DNA of 64,000 bases from assembly GCA_004431415.1 (NCBI GenBank), contig QPMI01000053.1, positions 1-64,000 on the forward strand. Direction: 5' to 3'. A model generated the notes under the pieces. It saw nothing but the letters and a program-made list of their open reading frames with translations. It was not told the DNA's origin and did not search any database. This stretch comes from Cyanophora paradoxa CCMP329 (lineage: Eukaryota; Plantae; Glaucophyta). Shown here piece after piece: positions 50,505 to 63,316 of this stretch (position 1 is the stretch's first letter; each line of letters opens with the position of its first letter). Position numbers and translations under genes: made by a program.

Positions 50505-50750
50505 AAAAAATGTATCTCAATCCAGCCACACTTGGTACAGTGTTGTGTTCTATCTCAATTCATTCGCACGATCAAAGACACCAGATTATGAAAGCTTAAA
50601 TCGTGATCAAGAAGTCTAGTTCAGGTCTGATCACAAGTGCACTGCGGCTTTCACTGAGTCAGGCCACGGAGACGTCTGCACCAATGGTCCAACCCCTTGA
50701 TCGCTAGATAGATATAGCTAAAGCTCGAGTCGGGCAGGAATCCGTCTAAA

Positions 50751-51320
50751 TGCTCTTTCTACGCTACGGGCGCGCCGCACCTCCTACCTACAGTGCTTTA
50801 ACTGTACCCGTGCTGTTTGGGTGAGAGCGTAACCCGCAGGGACTGGTGCCCTGATGGAAAAAAGGGAATCGGAGCCTAGCTAGCTACGAGCTGAGCAGGC
50901 GCTTCGCGTCCACGCCCGTGCCGTAGCGGATCAGGATGCCCCTGCGAGAGGTCTGTGCGATCAGTACGATTACGATTGCGATCGGGCGGCGCTGGGAGGG
51001 CGAGCCGGCCCTAGACGGAAAATTACGCCGTGGATAGGCCGTGTCGGGACTAGGCGGGGGGAGCAGCGATTGTGTATAGGCGTGTATAGACACAACACGC
51101 ACCGCGCGGCGCCGCCGTCGTGGTCCGCCCGGAAGCCGCACCCGGGGCGCCGGCGGCACTCGAAGACCCTCTTCGAGCCCAGCGTGTATACGTAGTTGAT
51201 CTTGCCGCACATCCCGCACGTCTTCGAGGTCCAGGCCTCGCAGACGAGCTGGAGCGTGCACGGCGGGTCCTCATCCTTGGGGTGCCGCCGAACGGCGTGC
51301 TGCAGGAGCTGCCGGAAAGC
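50751..51320 (-). pseudogene. Fanzor2/TnpB 3' remnant plus omegaRNA-like end, copy 6
   Basis: FRQLLQHAVRRH...EAWTSKTCGMCG...FEC...CGFRADHDGGAAR. Confidence 0.88.
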
Positions 51321-52572
51321 GGAAAGCAGAAGCCCTGATCGCCGTCGGTTCAACGGTTACCGTAGTACCGTACGCGTAGTACTTACTAGTTAACTTAGTA
51401 AGCTTATAATTACAGCCAGCGCTAGCGCTAGTACTCACTCGAGCTCAAGCTTAGTACCGGATCGCAACTTGCAACATTGCAATTGAACAAACTCGGCCTG
51501 TGACACGCGTCTACGGGTACAGCACACACTACGTGCATACGGCACGACTTCGACGCTGTGAACATACGGCATGCGGCCAGGGATCATCGGATCGGACGGG
51601 GTCCGCACCGCAGCCACCGGCGGCGCCGAGGCGCTCGAACCATCGACGGCATGCTCGATTTCGACATCGTCGTCGACGTCGATCACGATCTCGATGTCGC
51701 CGAGCTCCATCGGTGCAGGCGAGGGCGCGCCGCCAGCCCCCCCACCCGCAGCCCGGCCGCCGCGCCAGCAGCAGCCGCCGAGCCCGCGCCCAAGCTTGGC
51801 GCCCTGCGCAGCGAAGGGAACGAGGAAGTGAGGGAGCGACTGCCAGAGTCCCAGAACGGGGCGCAACCGGGAAACCAGTTCAGGCCGGCACTGCGGCACG
51901 CGCGGCGCACGCGCACACGTGGCACGCAACCGCGCTCGGCGCGCGCCGATGCAGCGCGACAGATCGCGATCGAACCGGTTCGCGAAACAAGTTGCGCCGA
52001 TGCGCTCGATACATCACGACAGATCGAACCGGTTCGCGAAACGGGCCGCGACAACTTGCAAGCTGCGCCACCGCGCTGGCCCGATCCAGCATGACCATAG
52101 CTACGCGCATGACCGCGGTCGCCGATCGGGTAACCGCCGCTGTTGACGGTTGACCAGCACAGGGGGTACAGTCAACCTCAGATATACTATGATCCATAGC
52201 TATAGTGCACGTGCTCGTTCGGTCCATGCACATCATGGCATGCGCTCTAGCGTCGAACACGCTGGATCGTCGACCTGGCGCGCTTCCGCGACGACGACGG
52301 ACCGTCGAGGGACCGACGAGGACCCGTCGAGGGTACCACGGGGGGTACGCGCTCTTCCCGGTTGAGCCGGTCCCACAGCGCGCCCGTGCGCTCCAGCAGC
52401 CCCCGCATCGGCTGCTGCCGCAGGATTGCAATATTGACGCATGCGCGCGCGGCAGCGGGGCTTTCGAGTCTGCGACTCGGCGGTCGCTGCCGGGTTGCAG
52501 ATTTGAGGGGTACAGCACACGACAGGAGACCGCTCGAGCGCAGGTTAGATCCCAGCGTGGGGAGGCTGCAGA

Positions 52573-55500
52573 ATGGAGATAAGCAGCGTAAACTCAGAGA
52601 TAGGGCGAGCGGCGTTTTCATTTTTCGGCCCTGGCGAGATCGAGCGCATCAGCGTGAAGCAGCTGCGGAATCCAGTTCTATTTGATTCACTAGGGCGACC
52701 GTCGCCGGGGGGTCTCTACGATCCCGCGCTGGGGCCGATCGACAAGCACGCGAGGTCCGCGCGCCCGAGCACCAGCGCCCCAGTGCTATGAGCGCTTCCT
52801 CGGGGCAATGAGTACCGCGTACGCGCGCTGATCGAGCTTATGCGCAGTTGCTTGACGTGCGGTTTGAGCGCCACACAGTGCCCCGGGCACCTGGGCCATG
52901 TCCGCCTATCCGCCCCTGTATTCAACCCGCTCCTCATCACGATGCTCTTCAAGCTTCTGCGTTTGAAGTGCTTCTCTTGTCATCGCTTGCGCATGCATCG
53001 AGTTCGGGTCCGTTCCTGCTCGCGATTGGACGTCAGTCCCGGATCAAATCTGAGTTGCGCAATGCAGGTTGAGCGTTACTGGGCGCGCCTGCTTCTTCTG
53101 GACATGGGTCGAGTTCTAGAAGCGCACGAAGTTGCTATGCCGCGCACCCACAGCCTCGATGAGAAGCCGCGGCAGAGGTCTAGCAAGAAGGACGAGGAGG
53201 CGCCGGCTGCTGAGGTCGCCGAGCCAGCAATCGAGGATCTGGAAGCCGCATCGCGCGAATTGCACGACCTTGTAGGTCTGCGTGCGGTGGGGTTGGCTGA
53301 CGCGGCGATAGCTGAAACACACCCATGCAGACCGAATCCTGTCCGGAGGATACGATCGAAGTGGGCGCAAGCTTGCGCATGTCGCGGAAGCCTGGCGGGC
53401 TACGATGGCGGATTTCATGCAGCACGTACCTGCACGCAAGTGTGAAAATTGCGGGGCGTGCGTCCCTCCCCTTGCATGCATCCTTTGCACCTGTTGATCT
53501 CTCGTTCAGCATATCTCCAAGCCTTCGGAAGGAGGGAGTAAAATTCTTCCAGAATGCTTTGACAGAGAAAGACCGAAGAGCGAATTCCTTGATCGGGCGT
53601 GATGCACCGTCAGTCTGGGGGTCTAGCAGCCTTTCAATGACTGCCCAGGAAATCACAGCAATGGTAGGGATCACTCGCTTTCCCGAGAGCCTTCCTTCTT
53701 CGAATCTGAATGAACAAATGCAGCGCGTGTGTGCTACTGGAAGAGTGGATGCCGTTGTAGAAGAGGTCGGCAAGAATGTGACCGAAAAGAACACTAAGAA
53801 GAACAGCTCGGTTTCCTCTCGCTTCCTCAGCCCCTTCGAAGTCCATCGGCACATACAGCTCCTTTGGAACGAGGTGAGCGGATTGATTATACGTGCCACC
53901 GGAGTGTTCCTTTTCATATTCGGCCCAGGAACGGCTTGTTCTGGATGAGATGTTCGGGTCGCTGTCAGAGTCAGGTTCGGTCGATTGGCGAATCGCTATG
54001 TTTGTCGGCGTCTGTTCACGGTGCCAGTTCTTTGGCAGGACGGAGCTCTTCACCGGATATGTTTTTCATCCAGGTCATGGCGGTTCCTCCATCACGGTTT
54101 CGTCCACCAGCACGCATAGGCGATCTCACCTTCGAGCATCCGCAAAATGTGTCCTTCTCTAAGATCCTTCAGGTACTTTTTCTCTCCCTTGAAAGACTCT
54201 CATTTACTGACTCTCAGTACTCCTTTAGGCAGACTCGCATCTCTTGCAGACACTGGGGGTCCCTTCCTCGAAAGCAGCAGCCGCTTCAGAGCCCCCTTCC
54301 GTAGATATTGGATTCGTTCACGAGGCGTAAGCTTCTATCCCATTCCAAAATGAAAGCCTTTCCAACCCGACATCACAGATACGTCCAACTTCAGCTTGCG
54401 GTGAACAGTGTGATCGACTCGACCAAGGGGTCAGCCGCAGACAGCGGGGGCTTGAAGAAGACCGACGATGCAAACGGTATAAGGCAGATTCTGGAAAAGA
54501 AGGAGGGGCTCTTCCGCAAGAACATGATGGTGGGCCATCACTGGGGGGTCAAATCTGTTCCTTGTTTCTGATTTTTGCGACAGGGCAAGCGTGTCAATTA
54601 TGCAGCGAGATCAGTCATCTCTCCCGATCCCTACATTGCCACAAATGAGATTGGCCTGCCGCACTATTTCGTGACACGATTGACATATCCGGAGGGAGTG
54701 ACTCAGCACAATGTGGTCAGAGAGCACATATTTCTGCCCCGTGCTTATCGTTTCTGTTCAATGACGCCGTTTATCCAGGAGCATTTGCGGCGATGTGTCA
54801 TCAATGGCCCCCACAAGCACCCAGGGGCGAACTTCATAGAGTTCGAGGATGGGTACATATTGCATGCATTCCGGTTTTTTCTTCTGATGTAGCTGATGCT
54901 GCTCCAGACATCGAATCGATTTGAGCACACGGAACGAGACACAGAGGATGGGATTGGCGAAGCAGCTCCTAACCAAGAATCAAATGGATGGAACAGAGGT
55001 TAGAAGTCGCAACAAGAGGGTGTTTCGTCACGCGGACGATGGCGATATTCTCTTAGGTAACACTTTTTAATTACTGCACAATGGCCTTTCGATTCTTAAA
55101 GCCTCTGCAGTCAACCGCCAGCCTACGTTGCACAAACCATCGATGATGGCACACCGACTTCGCGTGGTGCGGGGCTCAGGGCGCCATGATAAGACAATCC
55201 GCATGCATTACGCCAACTGCAACACCTATAACGCGGACTTCGATGGTGCCCACCCTGCCCCCTATCTTGGCAGAGCTGTTGCTAATGTTATTCTGCACAG
55301 GTGATGAGATCAACGTGCACTTGCCACAGTCAGAGCTTGCGAGGGCTGAGGCATACAACATTGCTGACACCGACCACCAGTACACCGTCCCCACTTCTGG
55401 CCGCCCAATCAGAGGGCTCATTCAAGACAATGTTGGCACGGGCGTCCTCCTCACATTGAAGGACACGTTCCTCACAAAAGAATTGTTTATGCAGGTGCCA

Positions 55501-58500
55501 CCTTTTGTAAAACCTTTCGGCATTCTCTTTTGGTCAATCTTTTTTGCAGTTGGTGTATGTCGCCGTTGGGGATGTTGAACAAGGTCGCATTGTGTTCCCC
55601 GAACCTGCTATCTTGAGGCCAAAGATGCTCTGGACGGGCAAGCAAGTTGTGTCGACGGTTCTGTGTCATCTGGCTGCAAGAATGAAACTTCCCCCCTTGA
55701 ACCTCGAAGCTGGGACAAAAATCTCGGCTTCAGCCTGGAAGGGGTTTCCCGAAGAAGCAAGAGTTGTTATCCGGCAAGGCGAGCTGTGCACAGGTGTGCT
55801 GGACAAGAACGCGTTTGGAGCTTCAGAGCACGGTTTGGTGGGTCCTGCAGCCCCCAGTTTTGAAGGTCTCTCCATCCATGTGTCTTATCATTGCACAGGT
55901 GCACGCATGGTTCGAGGTGTACGGTTCTGCTGCAGCAGGGAAGCTCCTCACAATTCTCTGCAGACTCTTCATGCACTACCTCCAGGTCAGCTTCTATCCT
56001 CACTACTGCCTTTTTAATGTCTGAACGCGATGTTCCTCTTCAGTATGCGGGTTTCACATGTGGGATTGACGATCTCGTGATCAACTCTGCTGCTGGTGAG
56101 TGGGCTCCTCGATTCTTTAATTCAACTCTGCGAACTGTTTTCATTGCCGTAGATCGATCCCGTGTCAAGGCTCTTCGAGGCACAGCACGTGCAGGAATTC
56201 TGGCCGCAAACAGGCTCATGCAAACGCTAGAGGGTCCGAACCAGAGGTCGACTGCAGATGCAGAGATTTCAGTGGTGACTGAAGGGATGATTTCTGAAGT
56301 GCAGTCAAACCTTAAGCAGGTACAGAACCATCCCGCTTGCTTCCCTTCAGAATTTCTTACCTTTGGTTCTTCTTGGGCAGGCAATGAAACGAGTTGGGCT
56401 TGAGCAGTCTGCACCGCTTCTGGATTCCCTCATGAAGCAACAGATATCATCTATCACTTCGCAGGTGCTTGAAATAATCACCTCCAAGAAGCAGATTCAG
56501 ATATCCATAACTTAGCTTGCCAGGTGATGCGGTCTTGCTTGGAGGCCGATGATGGTCCTCTGAAACGCTTCCCAAACAACAACATGACCCTGATGACCAC
56601 GTCTGGAGCAAAGGGCTCCGTTGTCAACGCATCACAGATCTCATGTCTTCTTGGACAGCAAGAACTGGAAGGCCGGCGTGTGCCAATTATGCCTTCTGGC
56701 AAGACTCTTCCATGTTTCGATCCTTTCAGCCCGGAGCCAAGAGCTGGTGGGTTTATCGGAGATCGTTTCTTGACTGGAATCCATCCTCAGGTGCTGCTTT
56801 CTTGCACTTTTTCGAAGTCTATCAAGATAACACCCTCCACATCATTTACAGGAGTACTACTTTCATTGCATGGCTGGACGGGAGGGGCTTGTCGATACTG
56901 CCGTCAAGACATCACGCTCAGGGTGCGTTGTACCAACAATGCTGCAGGCATTGGTTAACATGTTCCTTGCAGGTATCTCCAGAGGTGTGTCATTAAAAGC
57001 CTGGAGTCCCTTCAAGTGCAGTACGATGGAACTGTAAGCATATCTCGAGTGGCTGTTACGTGGAGCTCATTTGTGAGCAGGTTCGTGACGGAGATGGAAC
57101 TGTCGTCCAGTTCGTATACGGGGAAGATGCCTTGGATGTCACCAAGGCGTCATTCGTGAACAAATTTTCATTTCTGCTTAACAACACCTCCGCAAAGGCA
57201 AGCACGTACATTGCAATTCAAAAGCACAGTCGTGTGGTAATCATAGCTGTGCAGCAACTCAAGCCATCGCCAAAGTCGAAAGGAGGTGCCCGAATTACCA
57301 CAGAAAGTGATCTCGCATGGACAGAGGAGCAGGTGTGCTTCGAGATTTATCTCGGACATTTATTCGTGTTGACGGTTCTCAGGTTGCACAAGACGATTTT
57401 GTTGAGAGCTGGGCGTCACAGCTCGGGCAGGATCTCTCAGCCTGCTCACCGAAATTCCACCAACTGCTCTCCGATTATCTGGACAGCGATCCGGAAAGGT
57501 TGCTGGTGCGAGCCATGTTTTCTCCACACTGTCTTGGTTGCTCAGCTTTTTCTGGTAGCGGAAGAACGGTGGACGATTCAGCAGGAATTCTGCTCTCAGA
57601 GCAGTCTTGAGGCGTTATCAGCGAGCTCTAGCTGAACCGGGCGAAGTTGTTGGAGTCTTGGCTGCACAATCGATTGGTGAACCATCAACCCAGGCATGAC
57701 CCCTCCCTCTCTTGGAAGACAGCACTGCGCACTGGATTTTGCAGATGAGAACGTTTATCGGCGCAGATGACTTTGAACACGTTCCATCAAGCTGGTGTGG
57801 GAGCAGCAAATGTGACCCTTGGTACTCGATTGCCTGCATCTTCCAAGCTTCAATCGCTTAAGCGCAAATGTGCAGGTATACCTCGCCTCCGAGAAATCAT
57901 GATGACTGCAAGCGAAAACATTGGCACTCCTGCAATGACTTTACACCTCGTTCGGGGAGCTAAGGGGGCGGATGCTGAAGCACTCGCACGGTAACGACAT
58001 CTCAGAACCAATTGTTGGCCTTTGACACCATACAATAACAGGAAACTGGGGCGTGTGCACCTGTCGGACGTCGTCGAGCAGGTCATCATCACTGAACAGG
58101 TTCACATATTTTTCGTGTTCATCTGCCGGCTTGCCTGATGCAGGTTGTAAGGTGGAGAGCGCAAAATCCGGGGAGAGGTCACGTTTGTATCGGATCAAGC
58201 TGCAGCTGGGGAATCCGGAAGCTAATGGGCTCTGGCTAGGTGTGTCATACAAACAGATTGTGACATCTGTGAAGGTAAGCCCTCAATCTGGTGTATTTTG
58301 AGCGTCAACTTATTGTCATCATTGCAGGAAGCCTTCTTCCCGCGGCTCTGTGGCATGATAAAGCGGGAGTTGAAGGTTCAGGGGCGTGACGGGGGTGATT
58401 TTGGTGTTTCTGTGTCGTCCTCGCGATCGCGCCATCATGCTGCATCGAATCACGATGAGGTACTCGGAGGCCAACACCGTCCAATTGCATTGAAGAATGG

Positions 58501-59920
58501 GCAGTTGACTGTGCTGTGCAGGCAGGAGAGTCTGCTGCGAATTCTGTTAAAAAGTACCAGGATGATGACCGGGAAGAAGAAGACGATGATAACGGGATGT
58601 GGGCATCAAAAAACCGAGGTCCGAGGCTGCAATGATCGCAGCAGAAGCTCCTCTAATGCATGAACAGGACGTCGCAATGTCAGCTACGATGACCCAGATG
58701 AAAAGGAGCAGCGTATCCAAAAGTCAGCAATGCGGAAGGATGCATTGGATGGTTCCGATGACGAGAATGACGAGCGCCCATTGGATCATGCAGTGAACGA
58801 AGTTGTTGAGGACACGGAAGAAGAACCTATCGCAGGAGATGCTGTTTCCGAGGGGGCACAGGTTGATTCCGATGAGGAAGTGCCCATGCGCAAGCAGAAG
58901 CCGTCGAGGAATAGCAAGGCTTCATCGGTCCGAGATGGTTCTTCCATGTTATTCGCTGCTTCATTGACTCGCTTGTTGCAGGCTGATCGGGCATCCTCTT
59001 TGGAGACAGCGGCAACGAAGGGGCTCAAGAACCTGGCAGCCACCATGTGCTCTTCAGAGGATGTCCCCCTTGTCCTCGATCCCAAATCTCACTGGATTGA
59101 AATTCGGTCGATCAAGGTGTGTGTGGCTCTTTCATCATAGATGGACTCCGTCATGCATCGTTTACCTGAGCCACTGTCGTTTCCAGGTTCCAGTTAAAGC
59201 GAAGCGATTGGCCATGGTGTCTCTCGCCGAGCATGCCTGCGGATTGACGCTGGTGCAAGAGACAGAAGGCATCAAGAAGTGCCATGTGATTGCAAACCCT
59301 TCCAACAAGGACGAGGTTGCTGTTCAAACAGAGGGTGTCAACTTCGAAGTGCTTTGGGAGTATGCCAAATTTGTCGATTGCGCTCGAGTGGACAGCAATG
59401 ATATTGCCGCCATCTTGCATTTCTATGGTAAGAGTTTGGGATATCGGTCACCATTTTGCCCTCATTGAACCGATTCAGGTGTCGAAGCAGCACGAGCAGC
59501 TATCGTGAAGGAGATTCGTGGTGTCTTCCAGGTGTACGGAATTGTGGTGGACATGCGCCACTTGTCGCTCATTGCCGACTATATGGTCTGCTTTTTTTCC
59601 CTTCCCTGAATCGGTCACTCTTATCTATATGCAGACACTTGGTGGCGCCTTCACGCCTTTCAGTCGGATGGGGATGGCGCGGAATCCTTCACCGCTACTG
59701 AAGATGTCCTTCGAGACCACCACTCAATTCCTGATGGATGCCGCACTGTGAGTTTTTTGCATAAAATCTGCCATTTCCAGACTGAGAATGGAGCTTTTGT
59801 TCCGCCAGAACTGGAGACTATGATGACTTGTCCACTCCTGCTTCCAGGATAGTCATCGGACGAGTTCCGCCAGGGGGCACTGGCAGCTTTGACCTGCTTT
59901 CCGCGAAGGTCAAGAATTAG
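52573..59920 (+). CDS. RPA1: RNA polymerase I largest subunit, many short introns
   Basis: [10 protein letters not shown]; CPGHLGH; [14 protein letters not shown]|[15 protein letters not shown]; [15 protein letters not shown]|GDE; [10 protein letters not shown]; acidic insertion typical of A190. Confidence 0.97.
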
Positions 59921-59966
59921 GACTGCGTGTGCTGTGGGTGGTGTGAATGCCATGGCTGTGCTTATC

Positions 59967-60661
59967 GCGTTTGGACACGTACTAAAAATGCAGGTCCGGG
60001 CTACAAGTGTGGGATGTACACTGCGGCCACTGTAGCCGCGGGCCCAGCCCACCGGGGGGAAACCATTGAACAGCTGGGCCGGCAACAGCGAGGGTCGCAC
60101 CTCAGTCTGATTTGCATTAGCACATCCGTACAACAATGAAGTCGTAATGTCGACCATACCCTCATGATCACGTGCACTGAAAACCGCGAGGGCCGCACCT
60201 TCCGGATCCTATCTGTCGGTCCATATGTCCAGCCCAGATTGTCGTCGGTCGCGTCTGAAATGCGAATAGCCCAAGCATACTATGATACGTATACATGTAC
60301 CAGATGGTATATATACGTAGCACGGATCTGCATACGTAGCCGCGGCGCATATTCATGTAGGCGATCGTTGTACCCCGAAGCGGCCAAAAGAAACTTGGAA
60401 GTGCCTGGGAGTGTATGTAAGCTGTGCAGCTACATTACGAGAACGATCCCACAGCCGAGAAGAGCGGTGAGTGCCGAGCCGAATAGTCCGAATAGTTCTT
60501 TAGCGTGTGCATTTTTGCGCGACACGGGATGTTTGCACGGCACGCCCTTATTTAGCTACGCGCTAGAGCTCAAGAGCCGAACCCTAAGCTCGCTGGTGGG
60601 CTGGGCCCGCGGCCGCGGCGGCGCAGTGCACATCCCACACTTTAAGTACGTGTCCAAATGC
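59967..60661. mobile_element. TIR-family element with unrelated internal sequence
   Basis: Inverted GC(G/A)TTTGGACACGTACT ends and arms. Confidence 0.7.
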
Positions 60662-61606
60662 GAACCGCGCAAGCATACGCGGGAGCAGCTGCCAGTGGCA
60701 CACAGCTTAGCAAAGCTGTTTGATGAGCTCCTAACGCGCAAGAAGGGCGCAAGCTTAAATGCACGGGCGTGCAGGTTCAGCTCAAGAGCCGAAGATAGTC
60801 GAGTAAGAGCCTTCACGACTAAGAGCCCTCCGCGGTTATAGATCGCGCCCTTTTTATTTGCAGTCATCAAGCAGCTTTGCTAAGCTGTATGCCACTGCCA
60901 GCTGCTGCTTAACTAGCCGCGCGTATGCTTGCGCGGTTCTAGCTAAGCTGCGTGCCGCAGGCAGCTGCGAAACGGGCAGCGCCACCGGGCAGTTCATTTG
61001 ATTCAAGCTATGGAATCAGCAGCGACGTGGGAAAGGCCAAGGGCACAGCGACGGGTCGTCGGTAACGAGGGAACGTCGATTTTGAGGAGGCCACAGAACC
61101 AAAGGAAGGACCCGAAAGCGAGCGCGGGGGGTTTCTGGATGAATGAACGTCTTTACGGGAAGCCTGATCCGAACCCGTTGTCCGGCACAACCGAATACAA
61201 AGATTCGATCAGGGGGTCGGTTCTTATTGAAGTACAAATCGAAATCGTACCCGGTTTGTCTGACTTCCCTGGTTTCTCGTAGGGGAGCCCTTCCTGATCG
61301 CCGTGACCCTGCAAATTTGGGGCTCTGTGTGCATCCAGTTTTGGAGCCCTTGCCCCCGGAGATTCCAGCAAATGCCCCGAGTGGCGCCAATGCGTTCTTC
61401 ACAACAAGCTACAGGGTCAGCACACGATATAGCTTTCATTTGTGCTAATTTTAATTTGATTTCATAGATGGACTTCGGCCGTGGTGGTTCTTATCTGACG
61501 AAGGAAGAGAATGACGTTTTTGGAAGGAGCGTAAAAAATGCGTACTCAACGCCAAAATAGGTCACCTATATGCCGAGCTGTATTCACGGTTGAAGGCAAC
61601 TAGCTC

Positions 61607-62953
61607 GCATTTGGACACGTACTAAAACGCAGGTCCGGGCTACAAGTGTGGGAATGTACACTGCGGCCGCCGCGGCCGCGGGCCCAGCCCACCAGGGAGC
61701 TGGCCGGCCAGGCCCTGCATGGCCTTCGAAGGGAGTAATGCCATGATGCGCCTCCCCACGGACACTGTGGCTAGCTAGAGCTACAGGTGCCCGCATGCAC
61801 GGCGTGGTGCTGCATCGCGTCTTGAGGCGGCGGGGGTCGTTCTCGGGGCGGTGGCGGGAGCCCCTACGGGCCCCGGGGGGGGCCCGACATGGAGTCAGCC
61901 TGCGGTCGGCGCCGGGGGGGGGGCGCGTCATGAGCCCTGATGAGAAGATTGATGCAGCTGAAAAGCGGTGTGCCTGCACGCCCCGCCACTAGCTATATAG
62001 CCTCCTTACAGTGCAGCTAGAAGCTTTACTGGCCCAGCCTGACTCAAAAGTTCGGACCTCCCGAGTCCAAGGCTTGGGCGTGTCTTATACATACTCTTCT
62101 TCTTCCCGAGTCCAAGGCCTTGGGGTCCTTCAAGGCTTCGCCTTTGTGCCTTGGGCCTTCGGGTCCTTCGCCTTTCGTCAAAACCGCACGGCCCGCTTGG
62201 GTGTCACACACACGGTGTGTCTTATACATACTCTTCTTCTTCTTCTTCCGAGTCCAAGGCTGGACTGAGGAGATCCGAGGTAGTGAGAGGAGCAGGCACT
62301 CACAGGCTAGGCCTAGGCTCTGGATCTCTGACCTAGGCTAGGCTCCGAGGCTCGCGGCCCTGAATCGAAATTGTAATCCGATCGATGATCCAATATTAAT
62401 GATCATCAGATCGACTTTGCGAATCATTGAATGGCCCGGCCCAGCCGCAGGGCCCGGGCCCGGTACTGGTGGCACTGCGGCAGTGGAATCTGGAGCGCCA
62501 GGCCCTGGGGGTCACATGGGTCAACGCATATAATCCAACCGTTGAATTTCGGAACCTCAGACCGTCGGACGTGCAATTGCACTTAATAATTTACTACTAA
62601 GTTAAGCTCAATTCCGCCAAACCTCGTCCAACCCTCTGTCCAACGAAGTCCGACTACACTACTAGGCTAGTACTTTGAACTAACCCTGATCGCAACGAGG
62701 GCAACGAGGGGATGCAGGTGCGGGATCCGGAGCCCCACTTGACCCTGAATTCAAGAAGGACTGGCGAAGTCAAATTCGAAGCCAGCCTGAAGCCGAGACA
62801 ACCCCCACCGCCACAAGACGCGATGCAGCACCACGCCGTGCGGGCACATGTAGCTATAGCTAGCTATATAGCTAGAGTGTTCATGTCCGACGGTCCGCAG
62901 GGAGGCGCGCGCATTACTTGATCTCCTTAGGGGGCCACGCAGGGCCCGGCCCG
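61607..62953. mobile_element. TIR-family element enclosing FKBP gene fragments
   Basis: Forward arm 61607-61925, inverted partial arm 62791-62953; FKBP-matching pieces abut both arms. Confidence 0.65.
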
Positions 62954-63011
62954 GAATCAGACTCTGAGAGTTACTAAGTTAACGTTGCGATTACGACGTC
63001 CAACTTTCGAC

Positions 63012-63200
63012 GCATCCTGATCCGCTACGGCACGGGCGTGGACGCGAAGCGCCTGCTCAGCTCGTAGCTAGCTAGGCTCCGATTCCCTTTTTTCCATCAG
63101 GGCACCAGTCCCTGCGGGTTACGCTCTCACCCAAACAGCACGGGTACAGTTAAAGCGCTGAGGTAGGAGGTCCGGCCGCGCCCGTAGCTTAGAAAGAGCA
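63012..63200 (+). mobile_element. Fanzor-derived end/omegaRNA-like repeat, copy 7
   Basis: Opposite orientation to the other copies, ending TTAGAAAGAGCA. Confidence 0.8.
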
Positions 63201-63316
63201 TACTGAGCACATAATAAGAACACGCAAGACCGACGCCTGCTTCTGATTTCTGTACACTGAGAGCAACTGCAGGCCGCAGCACAGCCTGGCGATTTGATTG
63301 GATCTAGACTGCCCGC

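Noticed and set aside
35750-63220. Fanzor flank guides targeting the viral element
   Set aside because: By eye I found no convincing match of the seven flanks in 1-15 kb; a computed search is still needed.
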